From the IMG/VR virus record IMGVR_UViG_3300008952_003220, positions 1 to 64,000 of that record: a stretch of 64,000 bases of DNA, one strand, 5' to 3'. The position numbers were made by a program, and so were the translations under genes. The notes under the pieces were generated by a model. The model was not told where the DNA came from. It saw nothing but the letters and a program-made list of their open reading frames with translations, and made no database searches. The DNA comes from a virus. Shown here one piece after another: positions 19,814 through 28,412 of the stretch. Within the stretch, counting starts at the first letter, position 1, and every line of letters begins with the position of its first letter.

Positions 19814-22270
19814 GTGGTAAGTTTTAATGATGCTATGAAGAGTAGCAAAGTGTATTTTGGAGGAGATGAGCTTTCAGCAAATGTTTTTGTTACGAAGTAT
19901 GCGCTTTCAACAAAAGATGGTGATTTATTAGAAAGAACACCAGATGATATGCACAGAAGAATGGCACAAGAGTTTTCTAGAATAGAGGAAAAGTACCCAA
20001 GCCCAATGTCTGAAGATGAGATTTATAATTTATTTAAAGATTTTAAATATGTTATTCCTCAAGGCTCTCCGATGGCGGGTATTGGAAATGATCATAGAAT
20101 TCAGTCACTTTCTAATTGCTTTGTTATTGAATCACCTTATGATTCGTATGGTGGAATTCTAAAAACTGATCAAGAACTTGTCCAGATCGCAAAGAGAAGA
20201 GGCGGCGTGGGATTTGATATTTCTACGATTAGGCCCAAGGGTCTTTCTACGGGTAACGCTGCAAAGACGACTGATGGAATTGAAGTTTTTATGGATAGGT
20301 TTTCTAATTCCTGTCGAGAAGTAGCCCAGGGCGGCCGCAGAGGCGCATTGATGTTGACAATATCTGTCCATCACCCACAGATTAAAGACTTTGTAAAGAT
20401 CAAACGAGAGCTAACCAGGGTCACCGGAGCAAATATATCAGTTAAGCTCACTGATGAATTTTTAAACGCTGTTGAGAAAAAGACAGATTTTGAACTTAGA
20501 TTTCCAGTTGATTCTGAGTCTGATCACCTTGTTAAGGGCAGAATGGATGCTTGTGATCTCTGGGACGAAATTATAAAGTGCGCACATGACTGTGCTGAGC
20601 CTGGTCTTCTTTTTTGGGACACAGCGAAAAATTTAACACCTTCTGATGTATACGACTCCGATGGATTCGGATCTACTTCTACAAATCCATGCGGGGAAAT
20701 TATTTTATCTCCTTTTGATAGTTGTAGATTAATGGTTATTAATCTTTTTAGCTTTGTTAAGAATCCGTTTACTAAAGATGCAGAATTTGACTATCAAAAA
20801 ATGTCTACCATTGTTCAGAAGGCTCAGCGCCTGATGGATGACATGGTTGATCTTGAAGTTGAACAAATTGAAAAAATTATTAAAAAAATAAATGATGATC
20901 CTGAACCTGAGAACGTTAAAGAAATTGAAAAAGACCTTTGGATGAATATTAAAAAGGCTGCTGAGCTTGGCAGGAGAACTGGTCTGGGTGTGACTGCAGT
21001 CGGAGATACATTGGCATCTCTAGGCATCAGGTATGGTTCAAAAAAATCTATTGAGATCACAGAAGAGCTATATAAGACACTTGCAGTTAACGCTTACAGA
21101 TCTTCTTGTATTATGGCAAAAGAAAGAGGTGCTTTTCCTATTCACAATCATGATAAAGAGAGGGGTCACGAATTCCTTGAAAGAGTTTGGGGTTCTGCTG
21201 CTGACGTCCATGAGATGAGCAAAAAATACGGTCGCAGAAATATAGCTCTAACGACTACAGCGCCTGCTGGGTCTGTATCAACTCTCACGCAAACGACTAG
21301 CGGAATAGAGCCTGCATATCTTCTTAAGTACACAAGAAGAAAAAAGCTCACAGAAAATGATCTAGATGGAAGAGTGGACTTTATTGATGATTCAGGAGAT
21401 CGGTGGCAAGAGTATGATGTCTACCACCACGGATTTAAAAAATGGATGGATATATCTGGACTAACAGATATTAAAAAATCTCCTTATTATAATGCTACTT
21501 CAAATGATATTGACTGGATAAACAAAGTAAATGTTCAAGCTTCTGCACAAAAATGGATTTGTCATGCAATTTCAAATACTACAAATGTACCATCAGACAC
21601 AGACATAGAGACCATCAAGAAGATCTACATGACAGGGTGGAAGTCAGGGTGCAAAGGTGTTACTGTTTATAGGGACGGCTGCCGTAGCGGAGTTCTAGTA
21701 AGCTCTATAAAGGAAAATAAGTTTAAAACATATGAAGCACCTTTAAGGCCAGAAGAGCTTGAGTGCCATATTCATCACGCAACAATTAAGGGTGAAGCCT
21801 GGACGGTAATGGTAGGACTTTTGGATGGCAGGCCATACGAAGTCATGGGCGGACTACAGAAGTACATAGAGATACCTCGAAAATATAAGAAAGGAATCAT
21901 TATAAAGCATGCGTATAAGTCTAAGAATTCTAGATACGATCTTCAGATTGGCAAAAATGGTGACGGATTTCTTATAAAGGATATTGTTTCAGTTTTTGAC
22001 AACCCTAACCACGCTGGACATACTAGGACAATCTCTCTTGCACTTCGTCATGGAGCACCTATTCAATATGTCGTCGAACAGCTTTTAAAAGATCGAGAGA
22101 TGGATATGTTTTCTTTTTCAAAGGTTATAGCAAGAGTTCTTAAAACATATATTAAAGACGGAACTGTCCCAGGAAAGACGGGATGTGAAAATTGCGGAGC
22201 AGAAGACTCTTTGAGATATCAAGAGGGGTGTGTGGGTTGTGTGTCATGTGGATATGCTAAGTGCGGATAA
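19814..22270 (+). CDS. nrdJ: Class II (adenosylcobalamin-dependent) ribonucleotide reductase with C-terminal extension and Zn ribbon
   Basis: SNCFV, GRRGALM, TNPCGEI, APAGSVS, GCKGVTVYRDG; terminal CENC..CVGCVSCGYAKCG; no R2 subunit nearby. Confidence 0.9.
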   Translation: MVSFNDAMKSSKVYFGGDELSANVFVTKYALSTKDGDLLERTPDDMHRRMAQEFSRIEEKYPSPMSEDEIYNLFKDFKYVIPQGSPMAGIGNDHRIQSLSNCFVIESPYDSYGGILKTDQELVQIAKRRGGVGFDISTIRPKGLSTGNAAKTTDGIEVFMDRFSNSCREVAQGGRRGALMLTISVHHPQIKDFVKIKRELTRVTGANISVKLTDEFLNAVEKKTDFELRFPVDSESDHLVKGRMDACDLWDEIIKCAHDCAEPGLLFWDTAKNLTPSDVYDSDGFGSTSTNPCGEIILSPFDSCRLMVINLFSFVKNPFTKDAEFDYQKMSTIVQKAQRLMDDMVDLEVEQIEKIIKKINDDPEPENVKEIEKDLWMNIKKAAELGRRTGLGVTAVGDTLASLGIRYGSKKSIEITEELYKTLAVNAYRSSCIMAKERGAFPIHNHDKERGHEFLERVWGSAADVHEMSKKYGRRNIALTTTAPAGSVSTLTQTTSGIEPAYLLKYTRRKKLTENDLDGRVDFIDDSGDRWQEYDVYHHGFKKWMDISGLTDIKKSPYYNATSNDIDWINKVNVQASAQKWICHAISNTTNVPSDTDIETIKKIYMTGWKSGCKGVTVYRDGCRSGVLVSSIKENKFKTYEAPLRPEELECHIHHATIKGEAWTVMVGLLDGRPYEVMGGLQKYIEIPRKYKKGIIIKHAYKSKNSRYDLQIGKNGDGFLIKDIVSVFDNPNHAGHTRTISLALRHGAPIQYVVEQLLKDREMDMFSFSKVIARVLKTYIKDGTVPGKTGCENCGAEDSLRYQEGCVGCVSCGYAKCG

Positions 22271-22288
22271 GGAAATTAAGGTAAAAAG

Positions 22289-22891
22289 ATGAAATGGACA
22301 AGCAGTGTTTCTCCTTTGATAAAGGAAGTTGAGCTAAGAAAGAGCCCAGTAATAATAAGAGTCAATAAATTTGACGAAGATTCAGCAAAAAAGTTTTCAG
22401 AACAGATGGCGCTGGCCCACAATACAGGACAGAAGGTAATTCCTGTTGTAATTGACTCGTATGGCGGTCAGGTTTATTCACTGATGTCAATGATTAGTGA
22501 GATTAAGCACGCTGAGATTCCAGTTGCAACTATAGTAGAAGGAAAGGCAATGTCGTGTGGAGCCATTCTTTTTTCATTTGGGACACAGGGATACAGATTT
22601 ATGGATCCAGATGCAACTGTTATGATTCATGATGTTTCTTCTATGGATATGGGAAAAGTAGAAGAGCTAAAAGCAGGTGCAGCTGAAGCAGACCGTCTAA
22701 ATAATATAGTTTACACAATGATGGCGCAAAATTGTGGTAAGAAAGACGACTATTTTTTAAAGATTGTTGACAAGAAGAAGCATGCTGATTGGTTTCTAGA
22801 TTCAGCTGAGACAAAAAAGCACGGTCTTGCTAACCATCTTCGAGTTCCCAATATAAGAATTAGCGTTTCAGTTGATATAGACTTTGAATAG
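22289..22891 (+). CDS. clpP: ClpP-like serine protease
   Basis: IDSYGGQV, AMSCGA (Ser), MIHD (His), DWFL (Asp). Confidence 0.85.
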   Translation: MKWTSSVSPLIKEVELRKSPVIIRVNKFDEDSAKKFSEQMALAHNTGQKVIPVVIDSYGGQVYSLMSMISEIKHAEIPVATIVEGKAMSCGAILFSFGTQGYRFMDPDATVMIHDVSSMDMGKVEELKAGAAEADRLNNIVYTMMAQNCGKKDDYFLKIVDKKKHADWFLDSAETKKHGLANHLRVPNIRISVSVDIDFE

Positions 22892-22899
22892 GTGTTTAA

Positions 22900-23838
22900 A
22901 TGGCAATAGACAAAGAATTCTACAATAAGAGCTCAGCAGATTCTCTTGGATGGGAACCTAGTTGGTTTGGATGTGACTATTTTGATAGTACATTAACCTC
23001 AGCCATTAGAAAGTGGCAAAGAAAAAACAACCTTACAGCAGACGGGCTATGCGGACCTGCAACGTACAGAAGAGTCTGGACAGATCGAGAGGCTAGAATA
23101 TCTGACTACAAGCCGAATAGAATAAGTAGAAATTTTGATGCTAACAGATGGATTGTTCATAATGGAAAATTCATTCCCATTGAGTGGAAAAGAGTAGTTC
23201 TTTGGGATGAAAATGGCGGACTTGATACGAAGAAAGGCAATTACTACGACTACTCAGGAAAAGAAGAAAGGAATCCTTCATTTTTTGTTAACCACTGGGA
23301 TGTCTGTCTGTCTTCCGAGTCGTGTGCAAGTGTATTAAAGCGAAGAGGAGCCTCTGTTCACTTTTGTATTGATAATGATGGAACAATTTATCAGCTCTTA
23401 GACACACAGCACGGCGCCTGGCACGCTGGTGGTCAAAAGTGGAATCAAAAATCTATTGGTGTGGAGATATCAAATGCGTATTATACAAAATATCAAGACT
23501 GGTATGAGAAAAACGGTTTCGATGCTAGACCGACTTTGGAGGATTCATGGGCCCATGGGCGTAAGCTTGATCCTCATCTTGGATTTTATCCAGTACAGAT
23601 TGAGGCAGCCCGAGCACTCTGGAAGGCAGTCCACATTAGATTTGGAATCCCGCTAGCATGTCCCCTTCGAAACAGTCAAATGACTACAACTGTTTCATCT
23701 GACGCAGCTAAGGGAAGATTTGAGGGATTTATCCACCATTACCATCTAACAAAGAGGAAAATTGACTGTGCAGGGTTTGATTTAGAGTCAAATCTTCAAA
23801 TTGTTAGACAGTCACCTATGTATTGTTTAGATAGATGA
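22900..23838 (+). CDS. Endolysin: peptidoglycan-binding domain plus Zn amidase (Amidase_2)
   Basis: AIRKWQ..LTADGLCGPAT; NHWD, SVHFCID, AWHAG..N..SIGVEI, HHYH..KIDC. Confidence 0.88.
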   Translation: MAIDKEFYNKSSADSLGWEPSWFGCDYFDSTLTSAIRKWQRKNNLTADGLCGPATYRRVWTDREARISDYKPNRISRNFDANRWIVHNGKFIPIEWKRVVLWDENGGLDTKKGNYYDYSGKEERNPSFFVNHWDVCLSSESCASVLKRRGASVHFCIDNDGTIYQLLDTQHGAWHAGGQKWNQKSIGVEISNAYYTKYQDWYEKNGFDARPTLEDSWAHGRKLDPHLGFYPVQIEAARALWKAVHIRFGIPLACPLRNSQMTTTVSSDAAKGRFEGFIHHYHLTKRKIDCAGFDLESNLQIVRQSPMYCLDR

Positions 23839-23847
23839 GGTATTTAA

Positions 23848-24276
23848 ATGGAGCTCATATCTACTCATGTGTGTAAGGGCCAGAATATCGGAATTCACGG
23901 TAATCTTTTCGGCGGTGTAATGCTATCCTGGCTTGATGAAGCAGGGGCCGTCTTTGCTGCCCAGGTTTGCGGCACACCTCGAATGGTTACAAAGTCTATC
24001 TCTGAGGTTGTATTTGAAAAGCCGGTTAGACCAGGACAAATAATAAAGATATACGGTGATGTTATCAAGATTGGTGCGACTTCAATCACAGTCAGGCTCG
24101 AAGCTCGTCGTCACAGCGTCTACAACGGATCACAAAAGAGCGTTTGCTCTATAGATACAGTCTTTGTTAGAATTGATGGTGACGGAGAGTCAGTTCCAAT
24201 TAGAACAGTTATGGGCAAGTATGTTGATAAAAGACCTGAGCCTCTGCGTAAAAAGTTCTCCAATGCACCTGAATAA
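23848..24276 (+). CDS. Hotdog-fold acyl-CoA thioesterase (YciA-like)
   Basis: HGNLFGGVMLSWLDEAG, VTKSISEVVFEKPV, FVRID. Confidence 0.85.
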   Translation: MELISTHVCKGQNIGIHGNLFGGVMLSWLDEAGAVFAAQVCGTPRMVTKSISEVVFEKPVRPGQIIKIYGDVIKIGATSITVRLEARRHSVYNGSQKSVCSIDTVFVRIDGDGESVPIRTVMGKYVDKRPEPLRKKFSNAPE

Positions 24277-24279
24277 GAC

Positions 24280-24792
24280 ATGGGTGACTTAATTGACATC
24301 ACCCAGATGCTTAAAGATAAAGAACTAGAAAAGTCCCGAGAGCTTAGTGAGAAGGAGCATAATGACAAGCTCAGCCAGAATGGCTTGATCTCCTTTGGCA
24401 GGTTTAATGAGTTTCTAGATAGTAGAAAAGCTAACGTTGTTGGTAAAAGATATAAGTTTATATCAGATGAGTTTATGGATCAGTATAAAGGAGGGATTTT
24501 TGAATTAAACACACCGCTATCTGCAATGGCAGGTGAGCTAACATCAATCTATACAGACAACAAAACAAAAAAGATCATAATAGATTCGATTAAGCCCAAT
24601 CTCACTGAGATCATTGATGCACTTCAGGAAGACCTCCTCGACCTTTCTCTCTTAATATACGAGATAGAGTCACTGAACCCAGTTCCTAGCATAATACTTG
24701 ATAAAGCAGAGAATCTATATCAGATACAAAAAGATGTTATTGAGCTATATGAGATAATTGCTATTAGTGCAGGATGTAAAATTAGAAGCTAG
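24280..24792 (+). CDS. Hypothetical protein
   Basis: 170 aa ORF in the operon. Confidence 0.6.
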   Translation: MGDLIDITQMLKDKELEKSRELSEKEHNDKLSQNGLISFGRFNEFLDSRKANVVGKRYKFISDEFMDQYKGGIFELNTPLSAMAGELTSIYTDNKTKKIIIDSIKPNLTEIIDALQEDLLDLSLLIYEIESLNPVPSIILDKAENLYQIQKDVIELYEIIAISAGCKIRS

Positions 24793-24819
24793 GTGTTATT
24801 GTTTCTTATTGGAGGAAAG

Positions 24820-25245
24820 ATGTGGAAGCCGCCTAAGTCACCCTATAATTTAATTCAAGAACATCTTTGGGAAGACCCATGGAAAATCTTTGTTGCATGC
24901 ATCTTTTGTAACCTGACTAGAAGAGTAGACGCTGAGCCCTATATCTGGAAGTTTTTTGAAAGATACCCAAATCCAGAGTCAGCTGCAAGTGCAGATCCAG
25001 CTGAAATACAAAAGATGATATCAAGGCTCGGATTGTCTGAGAGACGATCTAGAGCACTTGTTAAAATGTCTGATGATTACCTCAATAAGGACTGGAAAGA
25101 TGATCCAAAGTCTCTCTACGGGATTGGAGAGTATGCTTCTGATGCATATCAGATATTCTGTGCTGGAAATTGGAAAAGCGTGACCCCGAAAGATCACGCC
25201 TTAAATGACTATCACGATTTTTTAAAGAGCCAAGCAGCTGCTTAG
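24820..25245 (+). CDS. MBD4-like HhH-GPD DNA glycosylase (G:T/G:U mismatch)
   Basis: WKPPKSPYNLIQE, DPWKIFVACIFCN, LYGIGEYASDAYQIFC and PKDHALNDYHDFL closely resemble the eukaryotic MBD4 catalytic domain as I recall it; GGAGG RBS; ATGTAA-17-TATTGT promoter at 24774. Confidence 0.85.
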   Translation: MWKPPKSPYNLIQEHLWEDPWKIFVACIFCNLTRRVDAEPYIWKFFERYPNPESAASADPAEIQKMISRLGLSERRSRALVKMSDDYLNKDWKDDPKSLYGIGEYASDAYQIFCAGNWKSVTPKDHALNDYHDFLKSQAAA

Positions 25246-25646
25246 TTAGACTGCTCTTTTTTAAACACCTGAATCCCACCGACCCGACACACAGGGTCAA
25301 ACTCTTCTCCAAGGATTATATCCATGTTCATTCCTGTATCAGAGCGGGTGAAGACAAATGAGGTATCACCGCCGCTTCTGCTGCAGTTAATAAAATATAA
25401 CCACTCATCTGTCGCAGGAAACGTTTGTGACCTGATGTTCGCAGAGCACCGGGAGGCTGCAACCAGCCGATAGCACAGCTTTCTCTCCACATAGTTTCTA
25501 ACTACAGTCGCTCTTTGAGAAATTTCTTGAGCAGCTAGATTTTGCCCGCCTGAAGCTTCAATTCTACCAGACGATATGGAGATATTTTCAACATCAGTAG
25601 CCGGAGTGCTGGCTAGGATTGATAAAGATAGTATAATAGAAAACAA
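25242..25646 (-). CDS. Secreted/periplasmic hypothetical protein
   Basis: Signal-peptide-like N-terminus, 4 Cys, AAGGAGG RBS, own promoter. Confidence 0.65.
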   Translation of the reverse strand: MFSIILSLSILASTPATDVENISISSGRIEASGGQNLAAQEISQRATVVRNYVERKLCYRLVAASRCSANIRSQTFPATDEWLYFINCSRSGGDTSFVFTRSDTGMNMDIILGEEFDPVCRVGGIQVFKKEQSN

Positions 25647-25668
25647 ATTAACCTCCTTGTTTAATACA

Positions 25669-25697
25669 ATTGTATCACAAGGGTTGCGTGTTTACAT
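25669..25697 (-). promoter_or_regulatory. Sigma70-like promoter
   Basis: Minus strand ATGTAA-17-TACAAT with TGn extension. Confidence 0.65.
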
Positions 25698-25719
25698 GAT
25701 TCTAGGGATGGGTGAAAAG

Positions 25720-26493
25720 CTATTCTTCTTCTACTGATTCATCATCTAGCATAGCTTCTAGATCTCTTATCATGTCTCTAGCCATCTCATCCTCTTCAAC
25801 AGCGCGTTCAACACTTTCTCTCTCTTCTGGGGTCTGCCTTGCTAGAGCTAGATCACCCGAGACTTCATCTTCAATTCCATACTCGTCTTCAAGGTAGGTG
25901 AAGGGTCTATATCTTCCAAGAGCAACTCTGTATCTATTTTTAAGATCCCATTTTCGACCGTCTGGGAGATCCAGCAGATCTTCGGGAATAAGCTGATGGC
26001 TTCCAGCTAGAAGATTAATTACACCCGGGTAGCCCTCGTCTCCAGCTTCTGGGTCTGCATCACGAGACTGAAGCCATTCGTAGCCAGAAATGGCATCTAC
26101 ATACCCTAGGACATTCGTCTCAGCCTTATCTAGGTCTCTCATTACAGAGTTAGGGTTTAACCTCATTACTCTAAAGAATAGAGATGCCGGTGAGCCAGGA
26201 GTTAGTTCTTCTCTTTCTACAGGCTCAAAGACAAGATTGTTGTTTTGAAATACAGGGAGCCTTCTTCTGTTTATAGTGGGAACTAAGACTCGTATCCGCA
26301 TTTTCGTGTAATCCTCAGGAATATCAACCTGAACAGGCACCTCACCCATTTCGCTTCTTACTCTTTTTGCTATGTCAAAAATAAGGCTGTCTAGGTCGGG
26401 AAGGCTGTCTCTCCCACCGCCTTCCTGTTCATTAATTGCTCTTTTAATTTCACTTAGTATCATCTTACGAAGTGCTGTTCTGCTGAGTTTCAT
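25720..26493 (-). CDS. Putative internal head protein (N-terminal motif family)
   Basis: MKLSRTALRKMILSEIKRAINEQ; ATAATTA on the minus strand at 26516-26522; acidic C-terminus. Confidence 0.65.
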   Translation of the reverse strand: MKLSRTALRKMILSEIKRAINEQEGGGRDSLPDLDSLIFDIAKRVRSEMGEVPVQVDIPEDYTKMRIRVLVPTINRRRLPVFQNNNLVFEPVEREELTPGSPASLFFRVMRLNPNSVMRDLDKAETNVLGYVDAISGYEWLQSRDADPEAGDEGYPGVINLLAGSHQLIPEDLLDLPDGRKWDLKNRYRVALGRYRPFTYLEDEYGIEDEVSGDLALARQTPEERESVERAVEEDEMARDMIRDLEAMLDDESVEEE

Positions 26494-26624
26494 TAAAATC
26501 TCCAATAATCTTAATTAATTATCTGCTCTGATTTGAAAATATAATAAGTTATTCAAAGATAGGGGTCTATAGCCTTTAACTTCTTTTCATTAAGAATATA
26601 AAATAGTCTAGTCTTTGGTGAGCT

Positions 26625-27932
26625 ATGACAGCAATTGCAGTATATGGGCCCTCTGGGTCTAGTGGAGAACTACAGTTCGCTAACAGTTCAGGTCGTCTTG
26701 ATGCAGCGCAGGCATTTTGGGACTCGACTGCTGGCAAGCTTTTTATATCTGGCAATCTCGAGGTTCTTGGAACAGAGACTGTAGTTGATACACAACATCT
26801 AAATGTTGAAGATGGCATAATCGGTCTTGGGACTGGATCAGCTGGAGAGGGAGCTGCAGGTGATAGAGGTTTTATATTTCTAGTCTCAGGAGAGACAAAT
26901 CCGTCATTTTATTGGGATGACTCAGCAGACGAGTTTAGGGCTGCAAGAGTCACAACAACACCTGGAAATACTACCTTCGAAGATCCGACAGGTGTTGGGG
27001 CAGGAGGATACCAGAACTTAAAGATTAAGACTCTGAATGCAGTCTCAGGTGCTATTCTCGATTCAGATCAGAGATCTTTAGCTACGATAGGTACAGATGT
27101 ATTTGCCTATATATCTGGTTCTGATGTGAAGAGAGCAGTCTTTGGTGGAGATGTCGTAGTTAGCGGAACTCTTTACGGAGGTTCACCTCTTAAGCTCGGC
27201 GGAGAGGTGGAGTTCGTTACATCAGACGGTGAAACAACTGATCTAAAAAATCCCTCAGGAAGCGTTAAGATGTTTGCAAGGGATGAGGTAAAAATAGGAT
27301 CAGACGATGGTCTTATTAGATTTATTGATCTTGGTGGATCAACAGCTGGAAAGATCTTTGTAACGGGTTCATCAACAACGGTAAATAGAAGGTTTAAGTT
27401 TTTATCAAAGGGTCAAATCCAATTTCACGGAAGTAATCCAAATGCTGTATCTCCTGGTACAGATGTATTTGTATTTGTTTCTGGAGCAATAGGGTCCACT
27501 AGTTTATCACTTTCTCGAGGAGCAACGCTGTTTGGGGGTGACATAGTTGCTTCGGGCTCTGCTAAGGTATATGACGGAATTTCTGGATCGATTACTCATC
27601 TATACGACGGCTCTTCTTATCTAATGTCTGACACAGATATAACAATAACTACTGGCTCTAACGGATCAGTTAGTGTTAAGTCAAATGCGCAAGATCAAAG
27701 AAAGAAATTTGTTTATGAGATAACTGGTGCACATTCATCTGAAAGCGGATTAATAATACCCTCTCTTGATCTTTCTAGTGTGTCTCACGATCCAAACAGA
27801 ATAGATGTTTTTGTTAATGGTCAGCTAATGTCTTCAGGAAGCACAAGAGACTATACAGTTCCTCAAAACAACTCAGTTTTATTTTATTTTAACTTAATTC
27901 CAGATGATATTGTGACGATCAGAACGTATTGA
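26625..27932 (+). CDS. Gly/Ser-rich fibre-like virion protein
   Basis: Repeated ISGS/FGGD motifs; C-terminal DVFVNGQL..DY..FNLIPDDIV domain shared with 28413-31019. Confidence 0.65.
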   Translation: MTAIAVYGPSGSSGELQFANSSGRLDAAQAFWDSTAGKLFISGNLEVLGTETVVDTQHLNVEDGIIGLGTGSAGEGAAGDRGFIFLVSGETNPSFYWDDSADEFRAARVTTTPGNTTFEDPTGVGAGGYQNLKIKTLNAVSGAILDSDQRSLATIGTDVFAYISGSDVKRAVFGGDVVVSGTLYGGSPLKLGGEVEFVTSDGETTDLKNPSGSVKMFARDEVKIGSDDGLIRFIDLGGSTAGKIFVTGSSTTVNRRFKFLSKGQIQFHGSNPNAVSPGTDVFVFVSGAIGSTSLSLSRGATLFGGDIVASGSAKVYDGISGSITHLYDGSSYLMSDTDITITTGSNGSVSVKSNAQDQRKKFVYEITGAHSSESGLIIPSLDLSSVSHDPNRIDVFVNGQLMSSGSTRDYTVPQNNSVLFYFNLIPDDIVTIRTY

Positions 27933-28018
27933 TCACAGAATAAAAGGCACACCCTGTTAATAAACTATCGTGATGTTGTCGAAATAATAGATACTTATGA
28001 TTGAAGTAAACATTATTT

Positions 28019-28255
28019 ATGGGATCAGCATATATGAAAGAATATCAAACGCCCGATCTATCACTTGCTGCATTTTTGTTGATGAAGGGTGTTAAGCTTA
28101 TATCAGCTGAAAAAACTTTGACTGGAAAATTTAATTTTTCATTCAATGATAGTGATGATAGATGTAAGAAACTCGCTGTAGAATTTCTTAATTCTGAGTT
28201 TTCTAATTACGATAATCATGTAAGAAACCTGAAGAAGATCATATATAGTAGGTGA
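28019..28255 (+). CDS. Small DUF5659-like protein
   Basis: YQTPDLSLAAFLLMKG..F.F pattern. Confidence 0.55.
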   Translation: MGSAYMKEYQTPDLSLAAFLLMKGVKLISAEKTLTGKFNFSFNDSDDRCKKLAVEFLNSEFSNYDNHVRNLKKIIYSR

Positions 28256-28412
28256 GAGATTTCTCTCAGTTAAATTTGTTTCTTTGTTATCTTAGATTGA
28301 CTTGACTTAAAGATAGTGTTAAAGAGTCTTTTTGTTAGATTGCGTGCTAAGCAATTCGTTTTGCTTTGCTTAGCAAATGCCAATAATCTATATAAAACAA
28401 AGGAAAAATATT

